Shown here: positions 21,465 through 32,517 of the stretch, one piece after another
Layout of the letters: each line of letters begins with the position of its first letter
Position numbering within the stretch: position 1 is the stretch's first letter
Assembly: GCA_040285745.1 (NCBI GenBank)
Contig: JAUFOR010000001.1
Coordinates: 558,001-622,000, forward strand
Reading direction: 5' to 3'
DNA from: Barthelona sp. PCE
Lineage: Eukaryota
DNA: 64,000 nucleotides
The notes under the pieces: generated by a model
Seen by the model: the letters and a program-made list of their open reading frames with translations, nothing else
Database searches by the model: none
Told to the model about the DNA's origin: nothing
Translations under genes and position numbers: made by a program

Positions 21465-22787
21465 CTAGTGGATATTCCTTCTTCTTTCGACAATCCGCTT
21501 TACGCTCTTCTTTTCTCTAAACGTCTGCAAAGAACTCGCTGGATATGCCCTGTCAAACGCCTTTCTGTAGCTCCTGGCTCGATTCCCAATATCTTTGAAC
21601 TGATTATGAAAAGCTCGTCGAATTGATCGTCTACCCTTTGTCGGTCCAGTAAACGTATCGTAGCACGAAAACGCTGTGATCGCCAGCATGTACACGTCTG
21701 CCTGGCCGAGAGCTGAGGGGAACTGGGTTTTCAATACATCAACATCAGCGAGAATCTCCGTCAGTTCAACCAGTCTCTTCTGTTGCTCATCAGAGTTCTC
21801 CAAGAACTCGGTGTAGCTCGCATGGAACACCGATAGAAACGACCTGCTATCTGCAACCGACGGAATTGAGCCCTGCAGCGATGACCGAAGCTGACCGCCA
21901 CCATGCCGCAGTTTTCTGTGCAGCTCTGTGGGTGCCTTGTCAACGTATGCCACTCTGCGGTTATGTAGAAACCGGATAAGGACTCGATTAAAGGAAAGAA
22001 TTGGTGGCATCGCTCTTTGAAGTGCAAAACGCGTTTCTTGAAGACAATGCGTGATACTAAAAATATCTGATTCAACAGCGCTGTCAACGATTCCCTTCAC
22101 CACAGCCCTCTCGACTCCCGGATAATGCGTCCTGATAGCGCTCGCTAGTGCCCGCTTTCCAGGCTGCTTCCACTCGATGATCTCTGCAAAACCTTGATCA
22201 CAAACCTCGTATAGGTCAACACCTCCCGCCTCAAACGCCTTGAGAAGCTCGTACTCGGACCCGTCATGGATCATAACTAATTTTGTTGTTTTAAGCAGTG
22301 TGTTTACGATGTGACTTATTTGATCTATGAAAAAAGTATCTTTGATAGGTACTGGGTCAATGACTGGTATTGACGGCACGATGCTGCGGCTGTGGAGAGA
22401 GTAGGTGGCGAATAACGGCGGTCGAGAATCACTGACACTGCAAATCGCATTTATCAGCTTCCGTCCACTGTTGAATGGTGGGAGAAATGATGCTTGGTGG
22501 TTATGGTCCGCCAACACGTTTGTTATCGCTGTTGTTTTGCCCGTTCCTGGAACTCCATACACAATAAGCAATCTTAATTCTCGACTTGCCAATAAAGAAC
22601 GCACGGCCTTGTTTATGGTTTTAGTTAATTTGGGTCCCGCACAGATCCCTGTGTTCGGCATTTTCTGCAAATAAGCAGTGTTTAATGGAACAAATTGCCG
22701 TTTTTCAATAGGTTTCGAAACAAAAGAAGGTGGAATGAAATCATCATCATCATCACTGCTGTCAAAAACTAAGTTACCGACATTCAT
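21465..22787 (-). CDS. Rad17/Rad24-like checkpoint clamp-loader AAA+ protein, divergent
   Basis: Walker A GVPGTGKTT; FNRVLIRFLHNRR and VFHASYTEF resemble Rad17 C-terminal motifs. Confidence 0.6.
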   Translation of the reverse strand: MNVGNLVFDSSDDDDDFIPPSFVSKPIEKRQFVPLNTAYLQKMPNTGICAGPKLTKTINKAVRSLLASRELRLLIVYGVPGTGKTTAITNVLADHNHQASFLPPFNSGRKLINAICSVSDSRPPLFATYSLHSRSIVPSIPVIDPVPIKDTFFIDQISHIVNTLLKTTKLVMIHDGSEYELLKAFEAGGVDLYEVCDQGFAEIIEWKQPGKRALASAIRTHYPGVERAVVKGIVDSAVESDIFSITHCLQETRFALQRAMPPILSFNRVLIRFLHNRRVAYVDKAPTELHRKLRHGGGQLRSSLQGSIPSVADSRSFLSVFHASYTEFLENSDEQQKRLVELTEILADVDVLKTQFPSALGQADVYMLAITAFSCYDTFTGPTKGRRSIRRAFHNQFKDIGNRARSYRKAFDRAYPASSLQTFREKKSVKRIVERRRNIH

Positions 22788-22904
22788 GCATACTAAAATC
22801 CAGCAAAGCGATGAAAATAAGAGAGATTATTGTAAACACCAGTCGTAATCACAATCATCTCCTTTTCATCTTACTCTTTACTCCTCTTTGGTTCTATATC
22901 ATCA

Positions 22905-23501
22905 ATGAGTGTCAGTACCTATAAAATTGTATTACTAGGCGTTGCTGCTGTTGGTAAAACTTCTGTAATCACACGATTTGTCAGCAAACATTATGATGCA
23001 AACTACCTGCCGACGATCGGCCTGGACTACTTCTTCAAGACAGTTTATTTGGAAGATGCCACTGTTCGCTTGCAGATCTGGGATTCTGCTGGAATGGAAC
23101 GTTTCGCTAGTTTGCTACCAAGATACGTTCGAGAGTGCTCTGTCGCTGTTATTATTTATGATATCACTTCAATATCGAGCTTTGAAAAAACAAATGAAAT
23201 TATTGAGAATGTGAGACGTGAAAGAGGTAATGATGTTAATTTCGTGCTCGTTGGCAACAAGAGCGATCTGGAGAGCCAGCGTGTTGTTAGCTATGAAATG
23301 GGTAGAGAAAAAGCAGACTCTATCGATGCACTGTTCATCGAAACAAGTGCAAAGATGGGATACAACGTCAGGGTGCTGTTCAGAAAGATAGCTACAGCAC
23401 TGGAAAGTCAGCAACATTCCTTAGACAAGGAAGAAGACGATGGAACTCCTAGAATTCAGCATCATATAGCTTCTCACGAAGAACCTGTGTGTTCTTGTTA
23501 G
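22905..23501 (+). CDS. RAB6: Rab6-like small GTPase
   Basis: VGKTSVITRF, KTVYLEDATVRLQIWD, VGNKSDL, FIETSAK, LFRKIATAL, C-terminal CSC prenylation motif. Confidence 0.85.
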   Translation: MSVSTYKIVLLGVAAVGKTSVITRFVSKHYDANYLPTIGLDYFFKTVYLEDATVRLQIWDSAGMERFASLLPRYVRECSVAVIIYDITSISSFEKTNEIIENVRRERGNDVNFVLVGNKSDLESQRVVSYEMGREKADSIDALFIETSAKMGYNVRVLFRKIATALESQQHSLDKEEDDGTPRIQHHIASHEEPVCSC

Positions 23502-23579
23502 AATCACATCATGAAGAAAGCTCTTTTTAATCAACTGTTTACATATTCACAAAAGTTAAAAAAAACTTGAAGTTTTTCC

Positions 23580-25835
23580 TCACACCTTATATTTTGCATC
23601 GAATCTTTCTTTTAATCGAACAAAAATGTCCTCCAAAGCAGCAATGCTCACACCGAAATGCTTTACGGCATTGTGCCCCTTCAAAAACGCAAATAAATCA
23701 GGTAAACTCTGTTCAACCTCATGGGGAACCATGCATATCAAACGATCGGGGTCATGGCTCTCATATTGGACCATGTTCCATCTCGTCTTTATGTCATTCA
23801 ACAAAGTCATTCCATCGTATTCAGTTTCCTTATCAATTGACAGACGAATTGTGTTACCGAACTTAAACTTGAGCTGAGGAACCGTACCGAACGCAGCCTT
23901 TTCTCCGTGTGCCATGATAAGAATCTCATCTCCGAGCAATTCAGCGTCTTCTAGGAAATGGGTGACAAAAACGAAAGAAGTGTTTAACTTCTTGAAGCGC
24001 TCAACCAGTCTGTTAACGGCTCTTCTGTTGGCGACATCAAGCGACGCAGTAACCTCGTCCAGGAAGATGAGGCGAGGCCTGCCCACAAATGAAAGGGCAA
24101 GACACAGACGACGCTTTGTACCTCCGCTGAGCTCCTTAGCTAACTTGGACCGATGATCGTTGAGGAAGAGAGAATTGATCAACATATCTCTATCATCAAG
24201 ATCGACGCCACGGATACCGCTCACAAACTCAAAGTGCTCGTCAAGCGTAAGGAAATCGTATAAAACGTCATTCTGGAATGTATATCCAAAGTGCTGCCTC
24301 ATCTCTCTCGAGGGTCGGCCAAAGACGCTGACTTCTCCGCCTGTGGGGTTGGAGAGACCGGATATGATGTTCAACAACGTGGATTTTCCAGACCCGTTTT
24401 CTCCCAAAATGCATGTTACCTGTCCTGTTGCAATAGCAATATCCATGCCCTTAACAGCAACAACCTCCTTCTTGTCCTTCTCCTTGACCTTATATACCTT
24501 CCTGCAGCCTTCCAGAACAACTGCGCTCTTGGCATTACTCAATAGTTCATCCCTTGATGAATAATCTTCACTTTTTGACTTGCGCTTCATGAAGAAGTTC
24601 AGAGGCTCACGACCACCAAACTTATTGGGGATGACCTTATCCAAGTAAATTAAAATTGCGAAATAAACAATGAGCGCAACAATACCCTTAAAGATCAATC
24701 CGAATGTAGTCTGACCAACAGGAGGATTAACTCCTTGGTTACCAGAGCTGAGGATACCAACAATAAGCTCAGCCCATGCTCCTTGTGGTAGGAACGTTAT
24801 GATATTAACAATAGTTTTCATGTTACGATTATAAAAAGCAAACAGACCAATTATACCGATAGAGTAATTGAAGATGAAGAAAGAGAGCATTGCAAACGCA
24901 GACACGGTCTTCAATGAATTGAATGGAACAATGATGATCATTTGAAAAATCAAAATACCGAGATACATAAAGACTGCTACTATAAAGAAATATATTGCGT
25001 GTTGCAAATCTAAACCTCCGCTGTAGAAAACAAAGCTAACAATGAAAGCGCCAATTACACACATTGAGATGTCAGTGATTATCCGACCAGCGTAAAAGGC
25101 AACAGAAGACATCCCGTTTACCTCAGCCCAATACTTGACATTGTTCTGCTTCTCGTGGGCCATGAGCGTCGAGGATGCAATAACCGTGCCCAGAGTGATG
25201 ACGACAATGTTCAGAAGCATGGATGCGCCCGGTGAGATGGAACTGTCTGGTTTGAACCTCTGCATATTATAAGAAATCTCGACATCTGCTGCCGTCATTG
25301 ATTTGAGATATGCAGAGTCAAGTGCGCCCTTCACCCAGCCGTAAGGAGACTTTTGCCACTGTGTATTGTTAACAGAAGATACATAGTAACTTGTGTTTAC
25401 GCGGATCAGGTAATCAGGGAGAGAACCCAGTGATTCTTCCGAGAAGATAACAGCTGACATCACTGTGCCGCTTGTCTCCAATAAATATTCCTCTAGAACA
25501 GATGAATTTGCCATTCCTACGGGTGTAAACCCACCTTGAACACCAACCGATGTCATGATGTCGTTCAGGGTTGTGTTGTCGTTGGGTGCGTACATCATTG
25601 TTGTACAGTTTGGCAATAGGGAACAAAAAACGTTGGGATTCAACGGTTGATCAACACCAGTGGGGTTTGAAATGTATGATGATCCAAAATCAATATTGCT
25701 CGTTGTACTGAACAAAATGAAGGATATGTATATTGGGAAGAACAGCTCCATTATGAAGTAGCTCTTGTTACGTTTCTTACAACGAAAATCCTTCAAAATA
25801 ACTGTTTTTAGTTGTCTGAAGAAAGATGCGGTCAT
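23580..25835 (-). CDS. ABCA-subfamily half transporter (one TMD, one NBD)
   Basis: RQLKTVILK N-terminus, GENGSGKST, LSGGTKRRL, LIFLDE, FVTH, LEDIFV. Confidence 0.9.
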   Translation of the reverse strand: MTASFFRQLKTVILKDFRCKKRNKSYFIMELFFPIYISFILFSTTSNIDFGSSYISNPTGVDQPLNPNVFCSLLPNCTTMMYAPNDNTTLNDIMTSVGVQGGFTPVGMANSSVLEEYLLETSGTVMSAVIFSEESLGSLPDYLIRVNTSYYVSSVNNTQWQKSPYGWVKGALDSAYLKSMTAADVEISYNMQRFKPDSSISPGASMLLNIVVITLGTVIASSTLMAHEKQNNVKYWAEVNGMSSVAFYAGRIITDISMCVIGAFIVSFVFYSGGLDLQHAIYFFIVAVFMYLGILIFQMIIIVPFNSLKTVSAFAMLSFFIFNYSIGIIGLFAFYNRNMKTIVNIITFLPQGAWAELIVGILSSGNQGVNPPVGQTTFGLIFKGIVALIVYFAILIYLDKVIPNKFGGREPLNFFMKRKSKSEDYSSRDELLSNAKSAVVLEGCRKVYKVKEKDKKEVVAVKGMDIAIATGQVTCILGENGSGKSTLLNIISGLSNPTGGEVSVFGRPSREMRQHFGYTFQNDVLYDFLTLDEHFEFVSGIRGVDLDDRDMLINSLFLNDHRSKLAKELSGGTKRRLCLALSFVGRPRLIFLDEVTASLDVANRRAVNRLVERFKKLNTSFVFVTHFLEDAELLGDEILIMAHGEKAAFGTVPQLKFKFGNTIRLSIDKETEYDGMTLLNDIKTRWNMVQYESHDPDRLICMVPHEVEQSLPDLFAFLKGHNAVKHFGVSIAALEDIFVRLKERFDAKYKV

Positions 25836-26023
25836 TTACGTATGCTTCGTGACTGTACCTTGTAAAAAAAAACGTGAAACGATAGAGAATAAAGAAAACA
25901 GCGTACTCTCGATTATGTATCAAAGACTACTGTACACTTTGATTTTTAGAGCATAAGTTATATCTTTTCCTGCTTTAGCCAAGAACCTAAAATGAAACAA
26001 CAATAAAAAGAATGCCTGCTTAT

Positions 26024-26629
26024 TTACTGCAATTCTGAAAAGAATGGTATATCCATGTTAGCCTGCAACAGGAGCTCAAAGCGTGTGCAAAAGTAAGTGA
26101 ACCTATCACATAAATGATACTTCTTCTCATATTCAATAAAAAAATTATAGTGGTGAATATAAATATGACTAAAAACTCTATATAACCTTCTAACAATAGA
26201 AACGAAGTATTGTATACTATCTTCTGTGATGTCAAACCGTTTAGGAAATATATCAGCTGAACACAATAAACTAATCGTTGCATCAAGCGTATGACAACTA
26301 TAGTTTATGGCTGAACATTCCTGTGGCTCCTTGTGAGCTGCACAGATGAACACATATTCTTCTGTTGTTATCATTTTTGGACATGTTAATGAAGTGCAAA
26401 CATCTTTAATACAGGTTAACATGTGTCCAATCTCAACGCAGAAGTTTCTCAGGTGTTCATATAGCCAATTGATCTTTGGGGTATCCTCTGAAGGTAAATC
26501 ACAGCACTTTTGAATGTTATGTGGTTGTGTTCTGACTAAATTTTCAATATATTGTTGTAAAAATGATAAGTCTGTGAAGCTTGCTGTCCGTCCCCTGAGG
26601 ATTTCCTCTCTGTTGCTGCCTCTCTCCAT
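26024..26629 (-). CDS. MOB4: MOB4/phocein-like protein
   Basis: WLYEHLRNFC, CTSLTCPKM, FICAAHKEPQECSAINYSCHTLD, RRLYRVFSH. Confidence 0.9.
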   Translation of the reverse strand: MERGSNREEILRGRTASFTDLSFLQQYIENLVRTQPHNIQKCCDLPSEDTPKINWLYEHLRNFCVEIGHMLTCIKDVCTSLTCPKMITTEEYVFICAAHKEPQECSAINYSCHTLDATISLLCSADIFPKRFDITEDSIQYFVSIVRRLYRVFSHIYIHHYNFFIEYEKKYHLCDRFTYFCTRFELLLQANMDIPFFSELQ

Positions 26630-26933
26630 TTGGATATTGTGATAAGGAGTGATAATGAGATAACATGTTTATTACCTTACACAACATCGATTCTCGAGAC
26701 ACTGCATCTCTTCACTATTAGATAGCAAACTAATTCAAAACGCAAACTAAGCCGGCGTTTTTCTCATGTCAACTTTTCAATTAAATCATAAAAAAGCTCA
26801 CAGAACGCCCTAATAAGCACGTATAACACCTGTTTGAAGGAGTCAAATTCTTGTAACATGAATCAATCAATTGCAATCCGTTTTACTAAACAAACTCCTT
26901 TTCATCATTTTTTCATATTATAAACACTGAAAG

Positions 26934-28481
26934 GTGATCTCAACAAGCGCTGACACAATTGTACATCCAGAAACCCCTCTGGATGACGATCCTTTAGGAT
27001 ATTACACAACCAATAACGAGCAATACATAAACCAGAGCTTCCTTCCACCTGATCTCCCGAAGCTGTCAGGTCCAACACGAGCTACAGCCACAATGGTCGG
27101 AGGATTAACACTTTTTCAATTAAAGCAATGGTACAGAACATATTCAGCACCTATGAAAGCATTCAGTCTTCTAAGGAGTGCGGATTACTCCCTTGACGAT
27201 CTTGAATTCTCTGCCACAGATTGGGATAAACGGTTATCGGGTCTGATTCTAAAAAGAAGCACTTTTGTTGAAGCAAATGTACATCTTATCGAGGAAATGC
27301 AACTTGCTGAGTACATGAACGCACGTAGGCTGTTCAAGGATAGAGTTCAAAAGATTGTAGCACAGGAAAATGGTCGCGAAAAGTATCAAACATTGGAACT
27401 TTTTTCAAACGTCAGCTGGTGGCTTTCTGAAACCATGTACGACATGAGACACATCATACCGATGCAGTGTGTCTTCAATGCAGTCCCAACCCTGCTCCAA
27501 GGTGATGTTAAATGCCTGGATCTCACAGATCAATGGATGACGAACTATAAGACATCACCTTTATGCGTTAATGAGATGAGTATCACCGACCTTGACCTCA
27601 AGACAATTGACATCACGGATAGAAAAGCGTTGCGCCCCTTTGGACGTCTCAAGAGCAATCTAATTTTGATTGATCCGCTTAATTGCAATTACACATTACG
27701 TTTTAATGAAAAATCTCATTGGAAGATTGAATTATTTACTATTCTTCCTATTGCAATCCAGCTTGGTGGCTTGAATTCAAATATCATTATTAGAGTTGGT
27801 AATCTACTGGATTACTCAATGTATTCACTTCTTTTTTTACTTAATTTAGCCTATAAGGATATATATATTTTAAAACCACCAGGTACGCAGGTTTTCTCTA
27901 ACGAATCATATATTGTTTGTCTCGATAAACTCATGAGTAATATCCCTGCATGGGCGAAGAATCTTAGAAACATAGACTGTACTGAACCAAAAGATTTTGA
28001 ATATATTATGAACTTCAGCATGCCATATAGCATCATATCGAGCTTTAAGACATTTGAGGTGTGGAATACATGTCTCAAACAGTACTTATATGAAAACTTT
28101 TTGGTTGAAAAAAACGCTTATATTTTCACTAACAGATGTATAGATGGAAACCCGTTCATGACGTTTCCTGACGCCCCAGTTAACGTAAATATCCGAGAAC
28201 AGTTGTTGCGTATCCTTGATCCAACCATAACTGTTGAAGATAACGATGAAGAGGATGCTTTTACAGATATTAAAAGACACCAGGAGGCTGAAAGAACCAG
28301 GAAGAAGAAGGTTTTGGGAATAGGAGATCAAAGAAGGTTGAGGAAACCAAAGGAAGAGGTCAAGAAGCAGGTGAGTATTAATGTGCTTGAGTTACTCCAG
28401 AATAAGAAGGTTGATTTGTCTAAGAAGAGACGTAAGTCCAACAGAGGTATGAGGAAAAAGAGTCAGTACAGTTATTATTAA
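26934..28481 (+). CDS. Degenerate FtsJ-like cap 2'-O-methyltransferase (CMTR-like); start uncertain (GTG 26934 or ATG 27093)
   Basis: LLNLAYKDIYILKPPGTQVFSNESYIVC resembles the CMTR KP..S...SERY.VC motif; basic C-terminal tail. Confidence 0.5.
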   Translation: MISTSADTIVHPETPLDDDPLGYYTTNNEQYINQSFLPPDLPKLSGPTRATATMVGGLTLFQLKQWYRTYSAPMKAFSLLRSADYSLDDLEFSATDWDKRLSGLILKRSTFVEANVHLIEEMQLAEYMNARRLFKDRVQKIVAQENGREKYQTLELFSNVSWWLSETMYDMRHIIPMQCVFNAVPTLLQGDVKCLDLTDQWMTNYKTSPLCVNEMSITDLDLKTIDITDRKALRPFGRLKSNLILIDPLNCNYTLRFNEKSHWKIELFTILPIAIQLGGLNSNIIIRVGNLLDYSMYSLLFLLNLAYKDIYILKPPGTQVFSNESYIVCLDKLMSNIPAWAKNLRNIDCTEPKDFEYIMNFSMPYSIISSFKTFEVWNTCLKQYLYENFLVEKNAYIFTNRCIDGNPFMTFPDAPVNVNIREQLLRILDPTITVEDNDEEDAFTDIKRHQEAERTRKKKVLGIGDQRRLRKPKEEVKKQVSINVLELLQNKKVDLSKKRRKSNRGMRKKSQYSYY

Positions 28482-28654
28482 ATAAATGTGAAGCTTAAAG
28501 CCATTTCTGCACTCACTCAGGGTAACTTCCCAAATTATCTGCTTTTGCTATATCAACCCGGTTGCAAGGTATATACTTAATGAAGCATGCTTCTTCAGTG
28601 GATGTGCAAACGTAGAGATGAAAATGACTCATATATTCTTCTACAACTTTTATC

Positions 28655-29212
28655 ATGGCCACCCCCGAACGCGTTTTCCTCGATTTTTCCGTCAACAACG
28701 GTCCTGCCCGCAGAGTCGTCTTCAAGCTCTTCACTGATACCGCTCCTAAGTCCGCTGAGAACTTTGCTAAGCTCTGTGAAGGTGTCACCATCAACGGTAA
28801 GCACCAACAATACAAGGGCAACGGATCCCACCGTCTCATCAAGGATTTCATGATCCAATTCGGTGATCTCCAGTTCTATAACCCCCAACAAAAGCACCCC
28901 CGTGTCGGAACTGGTTCAGCCTCCGTCTTCGGTGCCAAGTTCGAGGATCAGGATCTCACTGGAAAGTTCGATCGCCCCTACGTTCTTGCTAACGCCAACT
29001 CTGGTCCCAACACAAACGGTAGTCAGGCTTTCATCACCTTTGAGGCTTGCCCCTGGTTGAACTACAACCCCGTCCGCCGTACTGGTTACCAGATTATCGG
29101 TGAGGTTGTCGAAGGACAAGAGGTTATTGCTGACCTTAACAATGTTCGTTGCGATCGCAGTGACTGGCCCCTTCAGCCCGTCCAGATTGTTGATTCTGGA
29201 ATTTTAGAGTAA
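28655..29212 (+). CDS. Cyclophilin-type peptidyl-prolyl isomerase
   Basis: APKSAENF, HRLIKDFMIQFGD, ANSGPNTNGSQAFIT, GEVVEG; strong C-ending codon bias. Confidence 0.95.
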   Translation: MATPERVFLDFSVNNGPARRVVFKLFTDTAPKSAENFAKLCEGVTINGKHQQYKGNGSHRLIKDFMIQFGDLQFYNPQQKHPRVGTGSASVFGAKFEDQDLTGKFDRPYVLANANSGPNTNGSQAFITFEACPWLNYNPVRRTGYQIIGEVVEGQEVIADLNNVRCDRSDWPLQPVQIVDSGILE

Positions 29213-29237
29213 ACTATTAGGTTTCGTTTTATTTCAA

Positions 29238-29849
29238 CTATTTCTTTATTTGCCCTACACTTTCTAATATTGGTTTCAGTTTATCTAATGGTTCTATCTT
29301 GATCTGTTCGCCTGTTAGCACACGCTCTGCCTGCTCGACGAGATCCTGCGTCGTTTCTACCCATGTTTTCTCTCGTCGACTGAGCGTGAAAAATGGTGCA
29401 TATTTCGTTACATGTGTACCATGTAAATTCATAGAATTCTCTTGGAAGAACATATTCTTGAACTCCTCACTGCGGCTGTGCAATATTTTAACCATTTGTG
29501 CAAGCAGCTCATCATCAAAAAAATACATTCCAAGCATAAAGCCCTTGTAAAGATAATATGATGTTTTAAAGTCAAAAACCTCCGGTCCAGCGAGTATTTC
29601 CTGAAGCTCATCAAATGGTTTCGTTTCGGGGCTCACCTGGATAGAGTTTTGATTTTTTAGTAACTGAAGATCAAGCATGTGAAGATTAAACTGCGTGTCT
29701 GTGTCGTTTCTGAGATGTGCGTTGAGTGCTGATGACTGCTCTTCAAGATTAACAATATCCCAGTAATCTGTGTTCTGTTGGATCGTCTGGGAAATTATTT
29801 CCCTGACTTCCTCCTGTGTTTCGTACTCTGTGGACCCGTAACTCATCAC
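29238..29849 (-). CDS. Possible GINS subunit Psf3-like protein
   Basis: DYWDI near the N-terminus, ILAGPEVFDF..YYLY, TLSRREK; ~200 aa. Confidence 0.45.
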   Translation of the reverse strand: MMSYGSTEYETQEEVREIISQTIQQNTDYWDIVNLEEQSSALNAHLRNDTDTQFNLHMLDLQLLKNQNSIQVSPETKPFDELQEILAGPEVFDFKTSYYLYKGFMLGMYFFDDELLAQMVKILHSRSEEFKNMFFQENSMNLHGTHVTKYAPFFTLSRREKTWVETTQDLVEQAERVLTGEQIKIEPLDKLKPILESVGQIKK

Positions 29850-30011
29850 GTCATTTGTGTGATTTCTGAAATGGAAGAAAAAACTTTCAGCAACTGACTT
29901 TTACACATCATCCAATTATCTTTGTAAGTACAATACAACGTAAAGCGCCACCACCTCACCACAAATGATCAAATTTAACATCCTCTATCCTTCCCAAAAC
30001 ATATATAGCAT

Positions 30012-31094
30012 CTAAGTCAGTTTAGCAACATATTTGGTAACATAGAGCTCAATAGATCCCTTCCTAGACCTCAGAACTAGATACTGACTATTTCCGTTGA
30101 GCAATTCAAACCCAGGTCCGATATAACCAAGCATTTCCGCCGAGTCCGTGCTAATGCGACGTACGACTCCATCGCTGGCACATATAAACATTGACTTATC
30201 AACCAAAAACGCGTTTCCAACACTATCTAAAGGGTCTAAAGCCAATTCGCATTTCGGCAATTTTGCTGTCTGGAAAATGTCACACGTGTGAGCGTCCATA
30301 AGTGTAAACGCTGCAGTGTGGTCGCATGCGCCACCAACTACAATGTGCTGCAACCTGGAATCAATGTAAAGGCGTTCTGGTTTCAAGATATGAGGGGGAA
30401 TACTAGTTGTATTCATGACTTCAAATCCCATTCCTCTCTCTGCCATAAAGTGTATGATGTCTTGAGAACATAGCACAGCAATACCACTTCCGAAAAGACT
30501 AAAATCTTTTATGTTTCGTTTATCTTCAAAAACAAACGAACGCTGCATGTGTCCTTCGATATTTATCTGGATGATACTATTCTCATAACCAACGAATATG
30601 CCATCAACAGAGCACAAAAGCTTCTTTGGATGATACAACGGCAGCGGTAATTCAAACAACTTACACTTTGTGCTAATACAAAAAGCATGGATATAACCAT
30701 CCTCTGTGGCGCATATGGCGGCTCCTGCCCGTGACATTGGCCGATATAGACTCACACAAACAATGTCTGATGGAATACGGCCGAAACAACCTAAATAATT
30801 GTATGGAAACTCAATAAGGTACATATACCTGTCTGCATCCGCTAAAACGACGAGCTCTCGATCGTTTGCAACAAAACAATCCACAATACGTTGTTTAGCA
30901 GCAATTGAATATTTCAAACCATCAAATCTGGGCACTGCTCTACGCCCACTCGCTGTCATTGGCCCTTTATGGTTTGGGTCCAAATTTATGAGCATGTAAG
31001 AGGTGTTTAAAGAAGTAATGCCATAAACATTGAAATCATCATGTGCAGTCAGAAAATCCGGTGTTTCTACGTTTATATGCAATATACAGATCAT
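30012..31094 (-). CDS. Hypothetical beta-propeller-like protein
   Basis: 360-aa ORF with repeated blade-like segments (ATEDGYIHAF, CASDGVVRRI, RKGSIELY). Confidence 0.6.
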   Translation of the reverse strand: MICILHINVETPDFLTAHDDFNVYGITSLNTSYMLINLDPNHKGPMTASGRRAVPRFDGLKYSIAAKQRIVDCFVANDRELVVLADADRYMYLIEFPYNYLGCFGRIPSDIVCVSLYRPMSRAGAAICATEDGYIHAFCISTKCKLFELPLPLYHPKKLLCSVDGIFVGYENSIIQINIEGHMQRSFVFEDKRNIKDFSLFGSGIAVLCSQDIIHFMAERGMGFEVMNTTSIPPHILKPERLYIDSRLQHIVVGGACDHTAAFTLMDAHTCDIFQTAKLPKCELALDPLDSVGNAFLVDKSMFICASDGVVRRISTDSAEMLGYIGPGFELLNGNSQYLVLRSRKGSIELYVTKYVAKLT

Positions 31095-31534
31095 GTGACC
31101 ACATAACTGCGTTATTCAATCGCACACATAAAGCTGCACAAATATCACTCAGTAATTTTTGATTGTTGATGATGCACCCTGCTCATCTTCATATTTACTA
31201 CAATTTATGTGAATAAACAAAGTTGTAAAATGTAGGAACAAATATGAACACAACATAATAATGGAAAACTTCTGAAGATTTATTTTCAGCAATATTTATG
31301 GTCATTAAGCGAGTATACTCTGCTTGTTAAATCCTTTCATAGACAAAAATGATGTGAAAGAGTCAAACAATGAGATAGGACAAATCAGAAAAAGAGCTGC
31401 TTTATCGGAACCGTATCGCTTAACCACCAACTCTGTGCAGCTAATTTCCAATATGGGTGCTATTGAGTTACTCTGCAAAGCCAAACCTATAAAGAGAATC
31501 TTCTTTTCGCTTATTCCACCCTCTATTCAGGTTA

Positions 31535-32476
31535 ATGGCTACTCTGTTGTACCGTGGTTCCGTGCAGGCGCACACCAAGGCTGTCACAAGCATCAAATCT
31601 TTCCCTTCTAACCCCCTCGCATTCATTTCGAGCGCTCGCGACAACAAGGCTGTTGTTTGGGAATTGGATATCAACTCTGATGATATCGCTCTCCCCATCC
31701 GCGAGTTCGGCAAGCACAACAACGCCATCTCTGACGTTGCTGTTTTCCCCGATGGTCAGTACGTTCTGACTTGTTCTTGGGATGCTACTGCTCGTCTCCA
31801 CCGTGTTTCCGATGGTGAGTCTATTGCCCACCTCATTGGTCACAAGAAGGATATCTTCTGTGGTGCTTTCGGTGTTGGTGGTCGTTGTATCATGACTGCC
31901 GGTCGCGATCGCAGCATCTGTGTCTGGAACGTCAACGGTGACCTCACTTATCACCTCGACGGTGTCCACAACGACTGGATCAACGCTATCGCTTACAAGC
32001 CTTCTCAAGAGACTCAAGGCGGTATGTTCGTTACTGGTTCTTCTGACTGCACTTGTTCTGTCTGGAAGCTTGAGCCCGGAGAGGATGGTGACTTGTCTTT
32101 CAACCAAATCGCCTCTCTCGTTGGTCACACTGGTCCCATCACTTGTGTTGGTTTCTCCGCTGACGGTACCATCATCGCCACCGGTGCCCGTGACAAGAAG
32201 GTCTACCTTTGGAACTCTGACTCCCTCGAGATTGTCTCCTCCATCCCCGTTGAGGAAGATGTTCTTGATCTCAAGTTCTCTGCCATGAACAACCTTCTCG
32301 CCGTCTGTACTCCTACCTCTGTCAAGATCTGGAACCTTCTTGAGTTCCAACTCGTTGACACCATCAACGCTGATGAGGAGCACGGTAAGTTCACTTGTGT
32401 TGAGTGGAACACCGATTCCACTGCTTTACTTGTTGGTTGCACCGACGGTTCCATCCGTGGTTACCAGAACGAGTAA
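31535..32476 (+). CDS. RACK1: RACK1-like WD40 protein
   Basis: 313 aa, seven WD repeats; SSARD, DGQYVLTCSWD, GHKKD, AGRDRSI, HNDW; highly expressed codon bias. Confidence 0.8.
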   Translation: MATLLYRGSVQAHTKAVTSIKSFPSNPLAFISSARDNKAVVWELDINSDDIALPIREFGKHNNAISDVAVFPDGQYVLTCSWDATARLHRVSDGESIAHLIGHKKDIFCGAFGVGGRCIMTAGRDRSICVWNVNGDLTYHLDGVHNDWINAIAYKPSQETQGGMFVTGSSDCTCSVWKLEPGEDGDLSFNQIASLVGHTGPITCVGFSADGTIIATGARDKKVYLWNSDSLEIVSSIPVEEDVLDLKFSAMNNLLAVCTPTSVKIWNLLEFQLVDTINADEEHGKFTCVEWNTDSTALLVGCTDGSIRGYQNE

Positions 32477-32517
32477 TAGTGCACCAGTAAATCACAGAAA
32501 TTTTTTTCATTATTTAT

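Noticed and set aside
26858-26933. Possible short 5' exon and intron for the CMTR-like gene
   Set aside because: The GT..AG join tested is out of frame and lacks the ACTTTTAG end seen in the two real introns.
31532-32383. 283-aa antisense ORF over RACK1 (likewise the antisense ORFs over cyclophilin and 59050-59811)
   Set aside because: Shadow frames caused by codon bias of the sense gene; no protein motifs.
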